Shown here: positions 10,657-23,900 of the stretch, piece by piece
Layout: every line of letters begins with the position of its first letter
How positions within the stretch are numbered: position 1 is the stretch's first letter
IMG/VR virus record: IMGVR_UViG_3300022689_000080
Coordinates: 1 to 59,990 of that record
DNA: 59,990 bases
Source: a virus
Lineage: Duplodnaviria; Caudoviricetes
Reading direction: 5' to 3' (one strand)
Notes under the pieces: model-generated
Told to the model about the DNA's origin: nothing
Seen by the model: the letters and a program-made list of their open reading frames with translations, nothing else
Databases searched by the model: none
Position numbers and translations under genes: made by a program

Positions 10657-10953
10657 ATGGATCGGCTTGTTGAGACTGACCGCAGGGGCGAGGTTCGCCG
10701 CGCCGCAGATCGATCGATCTTGGACAGGTGGCTTTCGCCTGCTGCGCTGATGATCCTGCTTGGCGGAATCACCTGGGGCGTGCAGCTCAATTTTCAGGTC
10801 ATGCAGATGGTGAAGGAGCTTAGTGAGATTAAGGTCCGAGAAGGGATCTTCGAGGAGCGCCTGGACGAAATGTCGGAGACCATCCTGCGCGCCACGGTGG
10901 TCCTCGATCACATCGAGAAGCGAATCACCGACCTTGAGGAAACGCAGCCGTGA
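10657..10953 (+). CDS. Lysis-cassette membrane protein (single TM plus coiled coil)
   Basis: WLSPAALMILLGGITWGV TM segment followed by heptad-rich tail. Confidence 0.65.
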   Translation: MDRLVETDRRGEVRRAADRSILDRWLSPAALMILLGGITWGVQLNFQVMQMVKELSEIKVREGIFEERLDEMSETILRATVVLDHIEKRITDLEETQP

Positions 10954-11330
10954 AGCTGTCGGCTGACTTCGAGCGCCACGAGTTTGCCTGCCCCTGCGGG
11001 TGCGGATTCGATACGGCCGACACCGCCCTGGTTGGCTTCCTTCAGCGCGCTCGTGACCATATCGACGAGCCGCTTCACGTCACCAATGGATGCCGGTGCC
11101 CGACCTACAACGCCGAGGTCGACGGCGCCCCCAACTCACTCCATATTTTCGCGCGCGCTGCGGACGTGTGGGCCAAGAGAACTCCGGCCCGAGTCCTTCA
11201 GCAGCTATTCGTGCAGTGGGGCGCCCCCGGTGTCGGAGGCGACCGCCGCTACACCCACATCGACACGCGCACAGGGCCGATCTGGCGGAGTGCGCATGTG
11301 CTGGCCGTATTGGCCGAGGAGGCAAGGTGA
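10950..11330 (+). CDS. Endolysin, peptidase M15A family
   Basis: F-A-CPCGCG, RCPTYN, SLHIFARAAD and YTHIDTR zinc-peptidase motifs. Confidence 0.88.
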   Translation: MKLSADFERHEFACPCGCGFDTADTALVGFLQRARDHIDEPLHVTNGCRCPTYNAEVDGAPNSLHIFARAADVWAKRTPARVLQQLFVQWGAPGVGGDRRYTHIDTRTGPIWRSAHVLAVLAEEAR

Positions 11331-11474
11331 AGGATCGAGTCATCGAGGCCGTTGGCGACAACGGCGAAAAGCGCTGGCAGGCACGGAAGCCTGACGGAAC
11401 CCCGAGCAATATCCTGCACACGACGCGCCATGACGCACTCGTGGAACACGACGAATGGAAACGGGAGAGTGAAA

Positions 11475-11482
<8 letters not shown>
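11327..11482 (+). CDS. Small hypothetical protein
   Basis: GTGA overlap with endolysin, GGAGG RBS, 51 aa. Confidence 0.5.
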
Positions 11483-13112
<1,630 letters not shown>

Positions 13113-13116
13113 TTAA

Positions 13117-13860
13117 GTGCCTTCTCGGGTCCAGAGCGCTATTCAGGTTTCAGACTACTACCACAACGGTACGGTGAATGAAGTGGTGCTGGCCAGCCCT
13201 GCAACTGCGGGCAACCTGATTTTGCTTAGTGTGGCGAACTCTGATGCGGATAACCTCGACCCGCCTTCAGGGTTCTCACAGGTTCACAGGTTCAATGCAG
13301 GCGGCGCTCCGGCGCAAGCAAACATTGGCGTGTTCGCCAAGATCGCGGATGGCGGTGAGCAGTCTTTGATGTGGGCGGGCACAGGGGGTTCCCGTCCGGT
13401 GACGATCGCCGTGGAGCTTACGGACGTGAATTGGGCCGCTAGAAGGTTTTCCCGCGTCGATGGGTGGGCTGCTACGGAGTCTCCGTGGATTGAAACATCC
13501 GTAGCGGCACCGCAGGACGACACGATGGCGGTGAGCTTCATCGCTTCCGCCATCGACGCGGGATCAGGCAGCGGGATAAGCGCCGGCACAGGGTTCACAA
13601 AAGTCCGAGGGGAAAAGGCAACCAACTCGCCGCAGCAAAACTGGCCCTACGGCGGGTACATGGAAAGCACCGCTTTGTACGCGGACAAAGCCACGATCAC
13701 GGCGCGGTGGAATGACAACGAAAACCAGCGCAAGTCGATGGTTTTGTTGGCCCTGCCCCCGGCATCCCCGTCGTCTGCGCCGACGTTGAGCGCAGCCGCT
13801 GCGACGGATTTATACGCGGACGGCACTTCGATAACCCCGACTGTGGTGCTGGATTTTTAA
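13117..13860 (+). CDS. Putative virion structural/decoration protein
   Basis: 247 aa beta-rich, Ala/Ser/Thr-rich; ATAGNLILL-type start common in phage fibre-associated proteins. Confidence 0.6.
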   Translation: MPSRVQSAIQVSDYYHNGTVNEVVLASPATAGNLILLSVANSDADNLDPPSGFSQVHRFNAGGAPAQANIGVFAKIADGGEQSLMWAGTGGSRPVTIAVELTDVNWAARRFSRVDGWAATESPWIETSVAAPQDDTMAVSFIASAIDAGSGSGISAGTGFTKVRGEKATNSPQQNWPYGGYMESTALYADKATITARWNDNENQRKSMVLLALPPASPSSAPTLSAAAATDLYADGTSITPTVVLDF

Positions 13861-14825
13861 TGAGTACCGGAAGCGTATATTGGGCGGTATACCTCGCCAC
13901 CGACGCTGACCCGACTACAGCAGCGGAGGTGGAGGTCGGTACGTGGACTGGCGTCTCGGCCGTAACAACTGGCAGCGATCCTACAGGCGGGCTTGACGGT
14001 CTGTTTACAGGCTCTTCGCTGTCGGGCCTGACTGAAGGTGTGCAGTACAAGCTAGCCGCCGCGTGGCGCAACGGGACGCTGGACAGCGCCGTTGAAATCT
14101 CCGCGCCGTTTACGCCCCAAACCCCGGACTGGACTCCTTTCGACGTTTACCCAGCGCAGGACGCTGCGTTTGCTTACGGGGACACGACATCGGTTATTAA
14201 CGTAGCCTCTGTGCCGAGCGACGAGAACAGCGTCACGCTTGCTGTGCTGGGCATGGCCATCGGCGCGTCGGGGCCGACAGGAATACTGTTCGAGGCTGGC
14301 GCGACAGGCGACGGCATTGGATGGGCGTTTAACCCATCAGGAACTCTGCTCCAAGCTATCGCGGGGGAAGGCGCAAGCTCGGCGGCAGCGTCCGACACGA
14401 CACAAGCCTACGCGCAGATCAGCACTACGAACCTGCTCAACAGGACCGTGGACCTGTATTTGTGCATCCGCCCAACGGCACCGGGGCGGATCAAGATTTA
14501 TGCGTTCGAGTCCGTTACCAACAAATTCCTTGCGATGGGCTACGGCGACATCACGGATGGCTCGCAGATGGGCACGCAGGACGCTCTCGGTGACTGGACG
14601 GGTGGCAACGCAGTTACGGTCGGTGTTGCGGGCGGGACCGTTCGTGGCTGGCCCAACACAGGGCTGGCCGATGCGTTCAGCTTGGGCAGCGCAGGGATGC
14701 CGGGTGGCGTTCGAGCCTGGGATAACAGGCTTCCCTCGGACTTCGACGACAACTCATTCACGCTGCCGACACCGGCAATCAACCCGATTGCGTTCCTACA
14801 GCGGCGCAGGAGTGATTCCCTATGA
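13860..14825 (+). CDS. Putative virion structural protein (FN3/lectin-like beta domains)
   Basis: 321 aa; LSGLTEGVQYKL FN3-like strand; overlaps neighbours. Confidence 0.6.
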   Translation: MSTGSVYWAVYLATDADPTTAAEVEVGTWTGVSAVTTGSDPTGGLDGLFTGSSLSGLTEGVQYKLAAAWRNGTLDSAVEISAPFTPQTPDWTPFDVYPAQDAAFAYGDTTSVINVASVPSDENSVTLAVLGMAIGASGPTGILFEAGATGDGIGWAFNPSGTLLQAIAGEGASSAAASDTTQAYAQISTTNLLNRTVDLYLCIRPTAPGRIKIYAFESVTNKFLAMGYGDITDGSQMGTQDALGDWTGGNAVTVGVAGGTVRGWPNTGLADAFSLGSAGMPGGVRAWDNRLPSDFDDNSFTLPTPAINPIAFLQRRRSDSL

Positions 14826-17554
14826 GAATGAAGAACGTCGCCTGCGAGATCACCTACGATATGATCGACGATCAGGGCAAGCCGGTGACAGGCGGCACGG
14901 CTACTGCACAGATCAAGCCCTCGGGATTGTCGCAAGTAGCGGCCACCAACACGCCTACCCATTCTGGAGGGGGGCAGTGGAGCCTCGCGCTCACCCAGTC
15001 GGAGTGCAACCACGACAGCATCGGCATCCTGTGTGAGAACACCCTGGGCGTCATCAAGAACATAGACGTTTCGTTTGCGGACCCGGCGGACATCGCATCC
15101 TCAGTCTTGGGTGCCCTAGTTGCCAGCTACAATTCGGTTGCGGGCTCTGTTGCTGCGGTCATTACCGAGACTCTCAACACGGCAAGTAACGCGGACACAA
15201 ACATCGACACGATAGTGCCGCAAATTACTGACATTGAATTGGCTGTCGGCAACCCGACTTATGGGACTTTCGCCATTAAGTCTGTGGTGGATTCAACGGC
15301 CTCTGAAGTGACGGGCATCGCTTCCACTTTGAGTACCGCGCCAGCCGACATCGCTGATGCTGTATGGGACGAGCCCCTGGCTGACCACCTTACCGCCGGA
15401 TCCACCGGCGCAGGACTCAACGCCGCAGGATCTGCCGGCGACCCGTGGGCGACTACGCTTCCCGGCTCGTACACCGGATCCCAGGCCGGCAAGATTCTAG
15501 CGGACGTACTGGATGACACGGCTGACCTGCAAGCCAACCAGGGCAACTGGCTGACCGCCACCGGCTTTGCGACCTCCGGCGCCCTCACTGCCGTCGCGGC
15601 CGATGTGACGGCGATCCTCGAGGACACCGGGACGACGATTCCGGGCCTGATCTCGGGGCTGAACGATCTCGATGCCGCCGGCATCCGTTCAGCGCTTGGC
15701 ATGGCCACCGGGAACATGGACACCCAGCTCTCGACCATCGACACTGTGGTAGACGGAATCCAGTCTGATCTAAGCAACGGCACGGACGGTCTTGGCGCCA
15801 TCAAGGCGGCGGTGGACGGGATCTCGATCCCGAGCGCGGCCGATGTGGCCGATGCGGTGTGGACGGAGGCGCTTGCGACTCATGCCGCCTTGGCTGGCTC
15901 CGCCGCCGAAGCGCTCGACGCGGTACTGACCGATACCGAAACGACCATCCCGGGCCTGATTGGTGGGCTCAACGACATCAGCGCGGCCGACGTGAACGCA
16001 CAGGTTGATATTGCGCTGGCGGACTATGACGCGCCCACGAAAGCGGAGCTGGATGCGGGCTTTGCGGCCCTCAATGACCTCGATGCGGCAGGAGTTCGCG
16101 GCGCCCTGGGAATGACCGCGGCGAACCTCGACACGCAGCTCGCCGCGATCCCGACCAGCAACCCATCAGCCGCTGCGATCGCGGATGCCGTCTGGACGGA
16201 AACTCTGGCGGACCACTCTGGCGGCGCAGGATCCACGGCCGAAGCTCTAGGCTCGGCTACGTCCGGTGGCGGGCCTAGCGCTGCGGATATTGCGGATGCG
16301 GTGTGGGACGAGCCCCTGGCTGGCCATCTCGCGGCAGGCTCGACGGGCTCCTCACTCAATGCGGCGGGCTCCGCTGGCGACCCGTGGACCACGGTCCTTC
16401 CTGGGGCGTACACCGGATCCCAGGCCGGTAAGGTGGTTGCCGACATCCTCGCGGATACGGCGGATCTTCAGGCCAACCAAGGCAACTGGGTCACGGCTGC
16501 TGGCTTCGCAACGGCTGCGGAGCTGGCCGGCGTAGCGGTCAACGTCGATGCCATCCTTGTCGACACGTCGACCACCATTCCTGCGCAGATCTCCGGCCTG
16601 AACGACATCAGCGCCGCGGAAGTGAACGCGCAGGTGGACCTCGCGCTGACCGACTACGATGCGCCGACAAAGGCCGAAATGGATGCGGGCTTCGCCGGCC
16701 TAAACGATGTCACGGCGGCAGACGTGGCCGATGCCGTGTGGACCGAGCTGGTGGCCGATCACGTCGCCGTGGCCGGCAGCACTGCGGAAGCGCTGGACGC
16801 TGCGGCGGCTGGAGGCGGGCTCGACGCCGCGGCCGTGCGCGCCGCCCTGGGCATGGCCAGCGCGAACCTCGATTCCCAGCTTGCCACTATCGAATCGGTG
16901 GCCAGCGGGATCCAGAACGATCTGGACAACGGCACCGATGGGCTTGGTTCCATCAAGGCCGCTGTGGACGCCGTTCCCACGAGCAACCCGAGCGCCGCCA
17001 GCATCGCGGACGCGGTATGGACCGAGGATCTGTCGACGCACAGCTCTGTGGCTGGCAGCACGGCCGAGGCCCTGGATGTCGCTACTGCCGGAGGCCTCGA
17101 TGCCGCCGGGGTGCGCGCGGCAATCGGTATGTCGAACGCGGATCTCGATGCGCAGCTCGCCACCATCGACACGAACGTGGATGCGCTGCTGGTCGATACC
17201 AGCTCGACGCTGCCCGGGCTGATCTCGGGCCTTAACGACTTCGATCCCGCCGTGGACACGGTGAACGTGGGCGCAATCAATGGCAGCACGGAAGCTGCCG
17301 CAGATCTCGCGGCGTCTGCCGGCACGATCGTGCGCGCCGAGGCTGTGGCAGGGTCGCTGACCACGACCACGATGACGACGGATCTCGCGGAGGCGACCAA
17401 CGACCACTACAACGGCCGGATCATCATCTGGACATCGGGGCCCCTGAAGGATCAGGCCACGAACATCACGGACTACGACGGCACGAGCAAGACGCTGACG
17501 TTTACGGCGGTCACGGAACCGCCGCAGGCCGGCAACACGTTCGTGATCGTGTGA
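14822..17554 (+). CDS. Repeat-built fibre-like structural protein
   Basis: 910 aa, acidic and Ala-rich; six (I/V)ADAVW(D/T)E repeats; internal duplication with 939-bp period. Confidence 0.8.
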   Translation: MRMKNVACEITYDMIDDQGKPVTGGTATAQIKPSGLSQVAATNTPTHSGGGQWSLALTQSECNHDSIGILCENTLGVIKNIDVSFADPADIASSVLGALVASYNSVAGSVAAVITETLNTASNADTNIDTIVPQITDIELAVGNPTYGTFAIKSVVDSTASEVTGIASTLSTAPADIADAVWDEPLADHLTAGSTGAGLNAAGSAGDPWATTLPGSYTGSQAGKILADVLDDTADLQANQGNWLTATGFATSGALTAVAADVTAILEDTGTTIPGLISGLNDLDAAGIRSALGMATGNMDTQLSTIDTVVDGIQSDLSNGTDGLGAIKAAVDGISIPSAADVADAVWTEALATHAALAGSAAEALDAVLTDTETTIPGLIGGLNDISAADVNAQVDIALADYDAPTKAELDAGFAALNDLDAAGVRGALGMTAANLDTQLAAIPTSNPSAAAIADAVWTETLADHSGGAGSTAEALGSATSGGGPSAADIADAVWDEPLAGHLAAGSTGSSLNAAGSAGDPWTTVLPGAYTGSQAGKVVADILADTADLQANQGNWVTAAGFATAAELAGVAVNVDAILVDTSTTIPAQISGLNDISAAEVNAQVDLALTDYDAPTKAEMDAGFAGLNDVTAADVADAVWTELVADHVAVAGSTAEALDAAAAGGGLDAAAVRAALGMASANLDSQLATIESVASGIQNDLDNGTDGLGSIKAAVDAVPTSNPSAASIADAVWTEDLSTHSSVAGSTAEALDVATAGGLDAAGVRAAIGMSNADLDAQLATIDTNVDALLVDTSSTLPGLISGLNDFDPAVDTVNVGAINGSTEAAADLAASAGTIVRAEAVAGSLTTTTMTTDLAEATNDHYNGRIIIWTSGPLKDQATNITDYDGTSKTLTFTAVTEPPQAGNTFVIV

Positions 17555-17557
17555 TGA

Positions 17558-17953
17558 ATGGTCACTTCGCTACAGGCCACGGGAACCCCTGGAGGGATCC
17601 GCAGCTTTGCGCCGAAGTCCGAGTCGGCAACGGGGCGCGACGGAACCCAGTTCACCGAGCTGACCTCGTGGGCGATCCCCGGCCCTGCTCGCCTGTTCGA
17701 GGCGAAGTCCGGATCGACAACAGAGCGCGACGGAACCCAGTTCACCGAGCTGGCCTCCTGGGCAACTCCCGGCCTCATTCGTGTATTCGAGGCAAAGACG
17801 CCGGCCGAAATCCTGCCGCCAGTAGTCGACGTTCCCCTGGGCGGCGGTGGCAGCAAGAAGAAGGCCGAGTATGACCGCCATCTGGAAAGGCTCATGCGTG
17901 AGGACGAGGAGATCGTCGCAATCATCATGGCCGCTGTGAGGGTGCTTCAATGA
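17558..17953 (+). CDS. Hypothetical protein with 30-aa repeats
   Basis: 28-bp exact direct repeat at 17635-17662 and 17725-17752; ends EDEEIVAIIMAA. Confidence 0.7.
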   Translation: MVTSLQATGTPGGIRSFAPKSESATGRDGTQFTELTSWAIPGPARLFEAKSGSTTERDGTQFTELASWATPGLIRVFEAKTPAEILPPVVDVPLGGGGSKKKAEYDRHLERLMREDEEIVAIIMAAVRVLQ

Positions 17954-20900
17954 GCAAGCTGTCCAACTGCATGAGCAAGGCCGGGAAGGCTCTCGACGCC
18001 GAGGACAAGAAGCGGATCCTCGAGCGGCGATCCGAGCTGGTTGGCGACGGCGCGAAGCAGGACGACGCTGCGCTTCAGGCCGTGGCCGATCGCATCTTTG
18101 AGCTGAAGCAGGAATTCCGCGAGCTTCGGGACCAGGGCATCGTCAACGCCATGCCGATCCTGCCGAACTACAACGCCGCGCGCGGCAACCGGATGGTGTC
18201 CACGCCCATCACCGCCACGGAGCCAGAGCCGAAGTTCGAGGGCGCTGACCGCGAGAAGGACGACACGCCCCTGCTGTCGGTTCAGGACTTCAACGAGATC
18301 ACGAACATGGTCGAGGACTGGCTGTTTCCCGAGCCGAAGAAGGGGGAGACGCGATCCCTCGAGACGAAGGCGGAGCTGGGCGCCCCGGAAATGAAGGACT
18401 CCGACTACGTGGGCCCGGGCACCGCGAAGTTCACGACGCCATCGCAGTCGCGCCGCATCCGCGATTCGTGGGAGAAGGCCGTGGAAGCCATGCCGAAAGA
18501 GCATCCGGCGCGCGGGAGTGTGGGCACGAAAACGGTCCTGAGCCTCTTCGATGCGACTGGCGAGTGGTCGGATCCGTGGGCGCAGGCCGGTTACAACGTG
18601 ATCTCCGTCGACCTGAAGAACGGCGACGACATCATGGATTTCGGCGTCCAGTACCTCAACGATATGTACGGCGAGTGGCTGAACGACGTGTACGCCGTGA
18701 TCGCGGCCTGCCCCTGCACGGACTTCTCCAACGCCGGAAACAAGCACAAGGCCGGCAAGCGGGAGAGCGGCGCCATCCAGCAAAGCCGCGAGCTGGTCTA
18801 CCAGACCTTGGCGACCATCGAGTACCTGCGCCCCGTGATATGGGCCATCGAGAACCCTGTGGGCCAGATCAAGAGCGAGACGGGCCTGCCGTCGCCGCGC
18901 CTGACTTTCCACCCCTATCACTTCGGTGATGCCTACACGAAAAAGACCCAGCTCTACGGCAACTTCAACCCGTTCTCCATGCCCACGGCGAGCGTCGAGC
19001 CCAAGCTGGGGTCGCTGATGCACAAGCTGGGCGGCAAGGACGAGTCTGACGCCGGCCTGCGCTCCATCACGCCGCGCGGCTTTGCGCTGTCCTTCTTCCT
19101 GGGCAACAACATGATGACCATGCCCGCGGAGGAGTACCTGAAGCGCCGGTACTTCAACGTGTGGCCGGACATCCAGCGCCTGATGAAGATCGGTGCGAGC
19201 GAGCGCGAGATCATCGCTTTCGTGGATGGCCAGTGGGACTACGAGGGCTCCGAGGCGAAGGAAGCGATTCAGGACATCCTGAACGACACGGACTCGCTGG
19301 GCGCGCTGCGGTCGGCGGTGGACTTCCTGGGCAGGGACAAGACCGCCCAGTTCAGCGTTCCGTCATGGGCCGATCAAAAGGTCGATGACATCCGGCGCAG
19401 AACGCCCGAGGAGCTGTCCGCACTGCCGACGCGGGAGCTGAACGCGGAAAACCGTGTCGCCGGCATGGACGCCTATCAGAGCTACCTCCTGTATAGATTC
19501 CCGACCCGAACCTTCCTCGACCGCCTCGACAAGGTGGAAAAGAGGGTAGGCGATAAGCAGGCGCAGGCCATACGTGCGGCGGACGTGGAGCGCGACAAGC
19601 GAGCCCTCTATTCGCTGTTCCAGCAGGCCGGCGTGTTCCCCACCAAGACGCGGTTGGTGCCCTTCCTGAAAGGCTTGGATCAACTGGACAAGGACCGGCC
19701 GTTCCAGTCTTACCTCTACACCCCCGAGGCCTACATCGACGCAATCGAAAACCCGATTGATTACAGCCATGACCGCGACGGCATCAGCCCGTACTTCAAG
19801 CCGGAAACGATCAAGAGGTACTTCCTCGATCTGGCGAAAAGCCTCTCGAGTACGCAGCAGGCGAAGCATCTGACCCTGGATGGCTACAAGAAGAACATCG
19901 GGATCGTCTACGACACGTTCATGGCCCTCCACGACGAGGAGGCGATCCGCTACTACTGGAACACCCAGGGGATCCTGAATGAGCGTCCCTTCGAGGAGCG
20001 CATGGCCGTCGACAGGGAGGAGCCGCCTGCCCCGCCATCCACGGACGACGGCGATCAGGAAGGCCTGTTCCGTCGCAGCGGCGCGACGCGCACCGGAAGG
20101 ACCGACGCGCAACTGATCCGGGGTCTGAAGAAGGCGCCCACGGTCAAGGTCATCGACACGATCAAGGGCCTGCCGAAGCGGATTCAGGACCAGCTCGCGG
20201 CCGAGGGCACGACGGAGATCAAGGGCTACTACGACCGCGGCGAGGGCGCGGTGTACCTCGTGCGCTCCGGCAACCGCGACGCCGACGATATGGACGCGAC
20301 GCTGCTTCACGAGGCGGTCGGCCACTACGGCATCGAGCTTCTGTTCGGAGAGGACATCGGCAAGTTCCTGGCGATGGTCTACGGCGCCCGGATGCGGGAT
20401 CCGGCCGTGAAGCGCGCGTTCGAGTACGTCGAGCGCTACTACCGCGGGGCCCCGAAGGCGGTGCAGGTGGCCGAGGCGGTGGCCTACCTTGCGGAGACGG
20501 ATCCGAAGAACGGGCTCCTGACGCGCATCGTGCAGTTCGTGAAGGGGATCCTGCGCAAGCTGGGCTTCCAGACGGAGTTCACGGCCGCGGACATCTACGA
20601 GGCCTTTGCCCTGGCGAAGCGCGCGATGGATGGCGAGATCCAGCCGATGCCGTGGTACATCCGCTCGTTTCAGGAGCGCCAGAATCTGGCCGCTGCCGAG
20701 GGCGCCGCGAGCATCGACTACATACTGGATCGCAACGAGGTCGGCCTGTACTCGCAGCTCGAGAAGGCGTTGAACGAGATGCCGGACTTCAAGCCCACGA
20801 AGAAGAACCCCGAGGGCAAGATCAAGGCGAGCCTGATCCTGAGCCGCCTGCAAAAGGCCGGCGTGAAGAAGGAGGAGCTGGAGTGGTCTACCTTCGCCGC

Positions 20901-23900
20901 GCGCCTACAGTCGAACCCCGACGAGCTGTGGACCCAGGAGGCCGCACTGGAGGCCGCGGAAGAGGGCAGGCTGGAGCTGATCCGCGACGAGCTGGAATCG
21001 GGTACAGGCGATTCTCCGGAGGGCGAGATCTGGCAGACGCCGCAGATCTACGACGAGCGCGACGCTTACGAATATCGCATAGATGACCTCATGGATGGCT
21101 GGGACAACGACAGCATTGAATACGAGCTGATCGAGTTCCTTGAAACGCTTCAGCCCGATGTTCTCGAGGAGGCGATGAAAGACTACCTCGAGGCCAACCG
21201 TGACTCGCTTTCGGAGTCAGAGATTTCGGAAATCGAAGAGAGCATGGATGGCGGAGAAGAGCAGTGGATCTCCGAAAACTTCGGCAAGATGAAAAACTTC
21301 CAGAAGCAGATGCGCAGCGAGTTCGAGGAATGGGCCGAGGGCTACGTGCGCGAGGAGTATTTTGCTGGGGATCCTTACACCTACACCCACATGAATTCCG
21401 AGTACGGGGATTACATCATCTTCGGAAGCGACGACCTGGGATATGACCTTCGCAAGGGCGGGCTTGAATGGAGCAGGCGCGTTGAGATCCCGGAGAACTA
21501 CCTTTCCGAGAACCGAATCTATTCAATCTCAGAAGCCAAAATCGCGTTCGAGAACTACCTTCGAGAGCAGGGCGACCTGAATGATGGCGATGCCGCAGGC
21601 GGCACGATCTTTATGGATTACCTCAATCAGGGTCTGCCGGCTTACGAGGACTACTGGGAAACCCTGATCCGTGTCGGCCCTCACGAGAAGATCGTGGGCG
21701 AGTATATGAAGGGCGGTCATTTTGATCGGGACGGCCAGGAGAATGTCGTGGTGTTCTCGCGCAACACGAAGCGCGAGATCGACGGCGTTTCAACGTACTA
21801 CATCGACGAACTGCAATCCGACTGGCACAGCGACGCCCGAAAAAGGGGTGGCTACAGCACCAGGGAGTTTATCGAGCGCAGGAAAAAAAGGCAGGACGAG
21901 ATTCGAGATCGCAGCCAGGAGGTATTTAGTCAGATCTACCGCCCCATAAAGGAGGTAGCGGAATACCTTATTGAGGGCAACCCTGAATACGTGGAGCGCG
22001 GTAAGCAGTCGTTGACTCAGGATCTTATTGGCACGGTAACGGGCACTCGACCTTCTGCGAACTCTGAAGCAAGAGCTGCACTAGGGACTCGCGCCGAGAG
22101 CAAATGGGAATATGCGACCGACGCCGAAAAAGAAGAGGCGGAGTTTTTTCAAGAGCTTCTGGAATCCAGGATCCCGGGCATAGCAGAACTTCAGGTCGAA
22201 AATCATGCGCTTGAAGCCGAGAAGGACAGTCTGTACGTCAACAATTTCCCTCCCGACGCTCCATTTAAGGACAGCGCCTACATCAACCTCGCGGTGAAAG
22301 ACGCGCTGGTGACGGCCGTGAATCGCGGCTACCGGCGCATCGCGTGGAACGATTCGCAGGCCGTTGCTGGCGTGTGGGGCGACAGGTACTTGGCCGGTTA
22401 CAAGGTGGTCTACGACAAAAAGATGGTCGGGGCCATAAAGAAGCTCACGGGGCTCACGCCGTATCGGCTCGATCTCGACGGCGACACCATCACCGCCGAG
22501 GATGTCGAGACTGCCGGCGGCGAGCTGAATATGCCGGGGATGTGGGTCATCGACATTCCTGAGTCCGTCGCGGAGCAGATCAAGGTCGAGGCCTTCCCGA
22601 TGTTCCGCATCGACGATCAGGCCCAGCCGGATATGTTTTCGGACCCGATTGGCGAGGAGCTGCAAGGCGCCGCGGCGAAGCTGTCACCGACCGAGATCGA
22701 CGAGTGGCGCATGGCCAACCGCGTGTCCCAGCGGGCCGGCCGAAACCGCGACGTGGAGGCCGCTGCGCGCCGCCTCGAGTCCGGCGATCTGACCCTGGAT
22801 GGCTACAACCAGATCGTGCAGAAGCACATGCCGATCTTCGAGCTGCGGCAGGTGCCGCCGTCGCCCACGGTGGGGGATATGTCCGCGGCGCTGTCCCAGG
22901 ACAAGGCGGAGCGGATCATCGGCGTCGACGTGAAGATTGCGGACGGGGAGCGCGTGGCCTCGCGCCTCGACATCCCGGCCTTCGACTTCTACAACACGTG
23001 GATCGTGTCGGTGCACCGCGGTGGCAGCAACACGGGTAGCTCCATCGGCTACGGCACCCATTCGGTCCTGACCAATGTGGAGTTCAAGACCAACCCGAAA
23101 GCGGCCCTGAAGGTCGCCACGGGGCGCAGCTCGAAGGCGCCGTTCGCCCGGGTGCACGGCGACTGGCAGAACATGGATCTCGAGAGCGCCCGCCGGCTGG
23201 CGGCGTCGGCCCTGAAGGATCCCGCCTGGGTGCAGGTGGGGCAGAACCCATTCCGGCACAGCTACTTCTACGAGAAGCGGACGGGCCAGCCAGTGGTCGC
23301 GGCCGAGAAGATCGTCCAGATCGGGCCCTTCGTCATGGCGCGCGGCGTCACCTACGCGAGCCCCCTCGAGGAGCAGTTCCGGGTCCGCGACACGGACGTG
23401 TTCTTCCGCCGCGTCGACGAGACGGACGACGAGCGCCGCAACGCCCGCCTGAAGGGCGAGGATCGGTCCTACCTCGATCGCGGCAAAGCGCTGTGGCATC
23501 GGGCCCTGTCCCCCGGCGGCAACCTGCCGGAAAAGGTGTTCGATGCGAAGATCCGGCGCGATGGCCAGATCGAGGCCGGCGAGCTGGATACGCGGCATCA
23601 GGTCTACGATCTCGAGCACGCTTTCAAAAAGGCGTTCGGCAAGAGCTTCGAGAAGCGCACCATAGAGCAGGAGCGCCAGATGCGTCGCGCCCTGGCTGGC
23701 GAGGCGAACGTGGATCTACCACGGGAAGTGCTGGATGTCCTCGGCGCCATGCGGGCGCACATCGACTCGCTCTCGGAGCAGTACATCGAGGCCCTGAAGT
23801 CTGACGGCCAGTACCTGCTGCAACAGCTCCCGCCGGAGCGCCGTGACGCTCTCATGCAGACGCTCATGGAGATGGGCGACGAGATCGACTTCGACGAGTT

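Noticed and set aside
14822-17953. Diversity-generating retroelement TR/VR pair
   Set aside because: No reverse transcriptase recognised; repeat differences are not adenine-specific and repeats are in-frame protein modules
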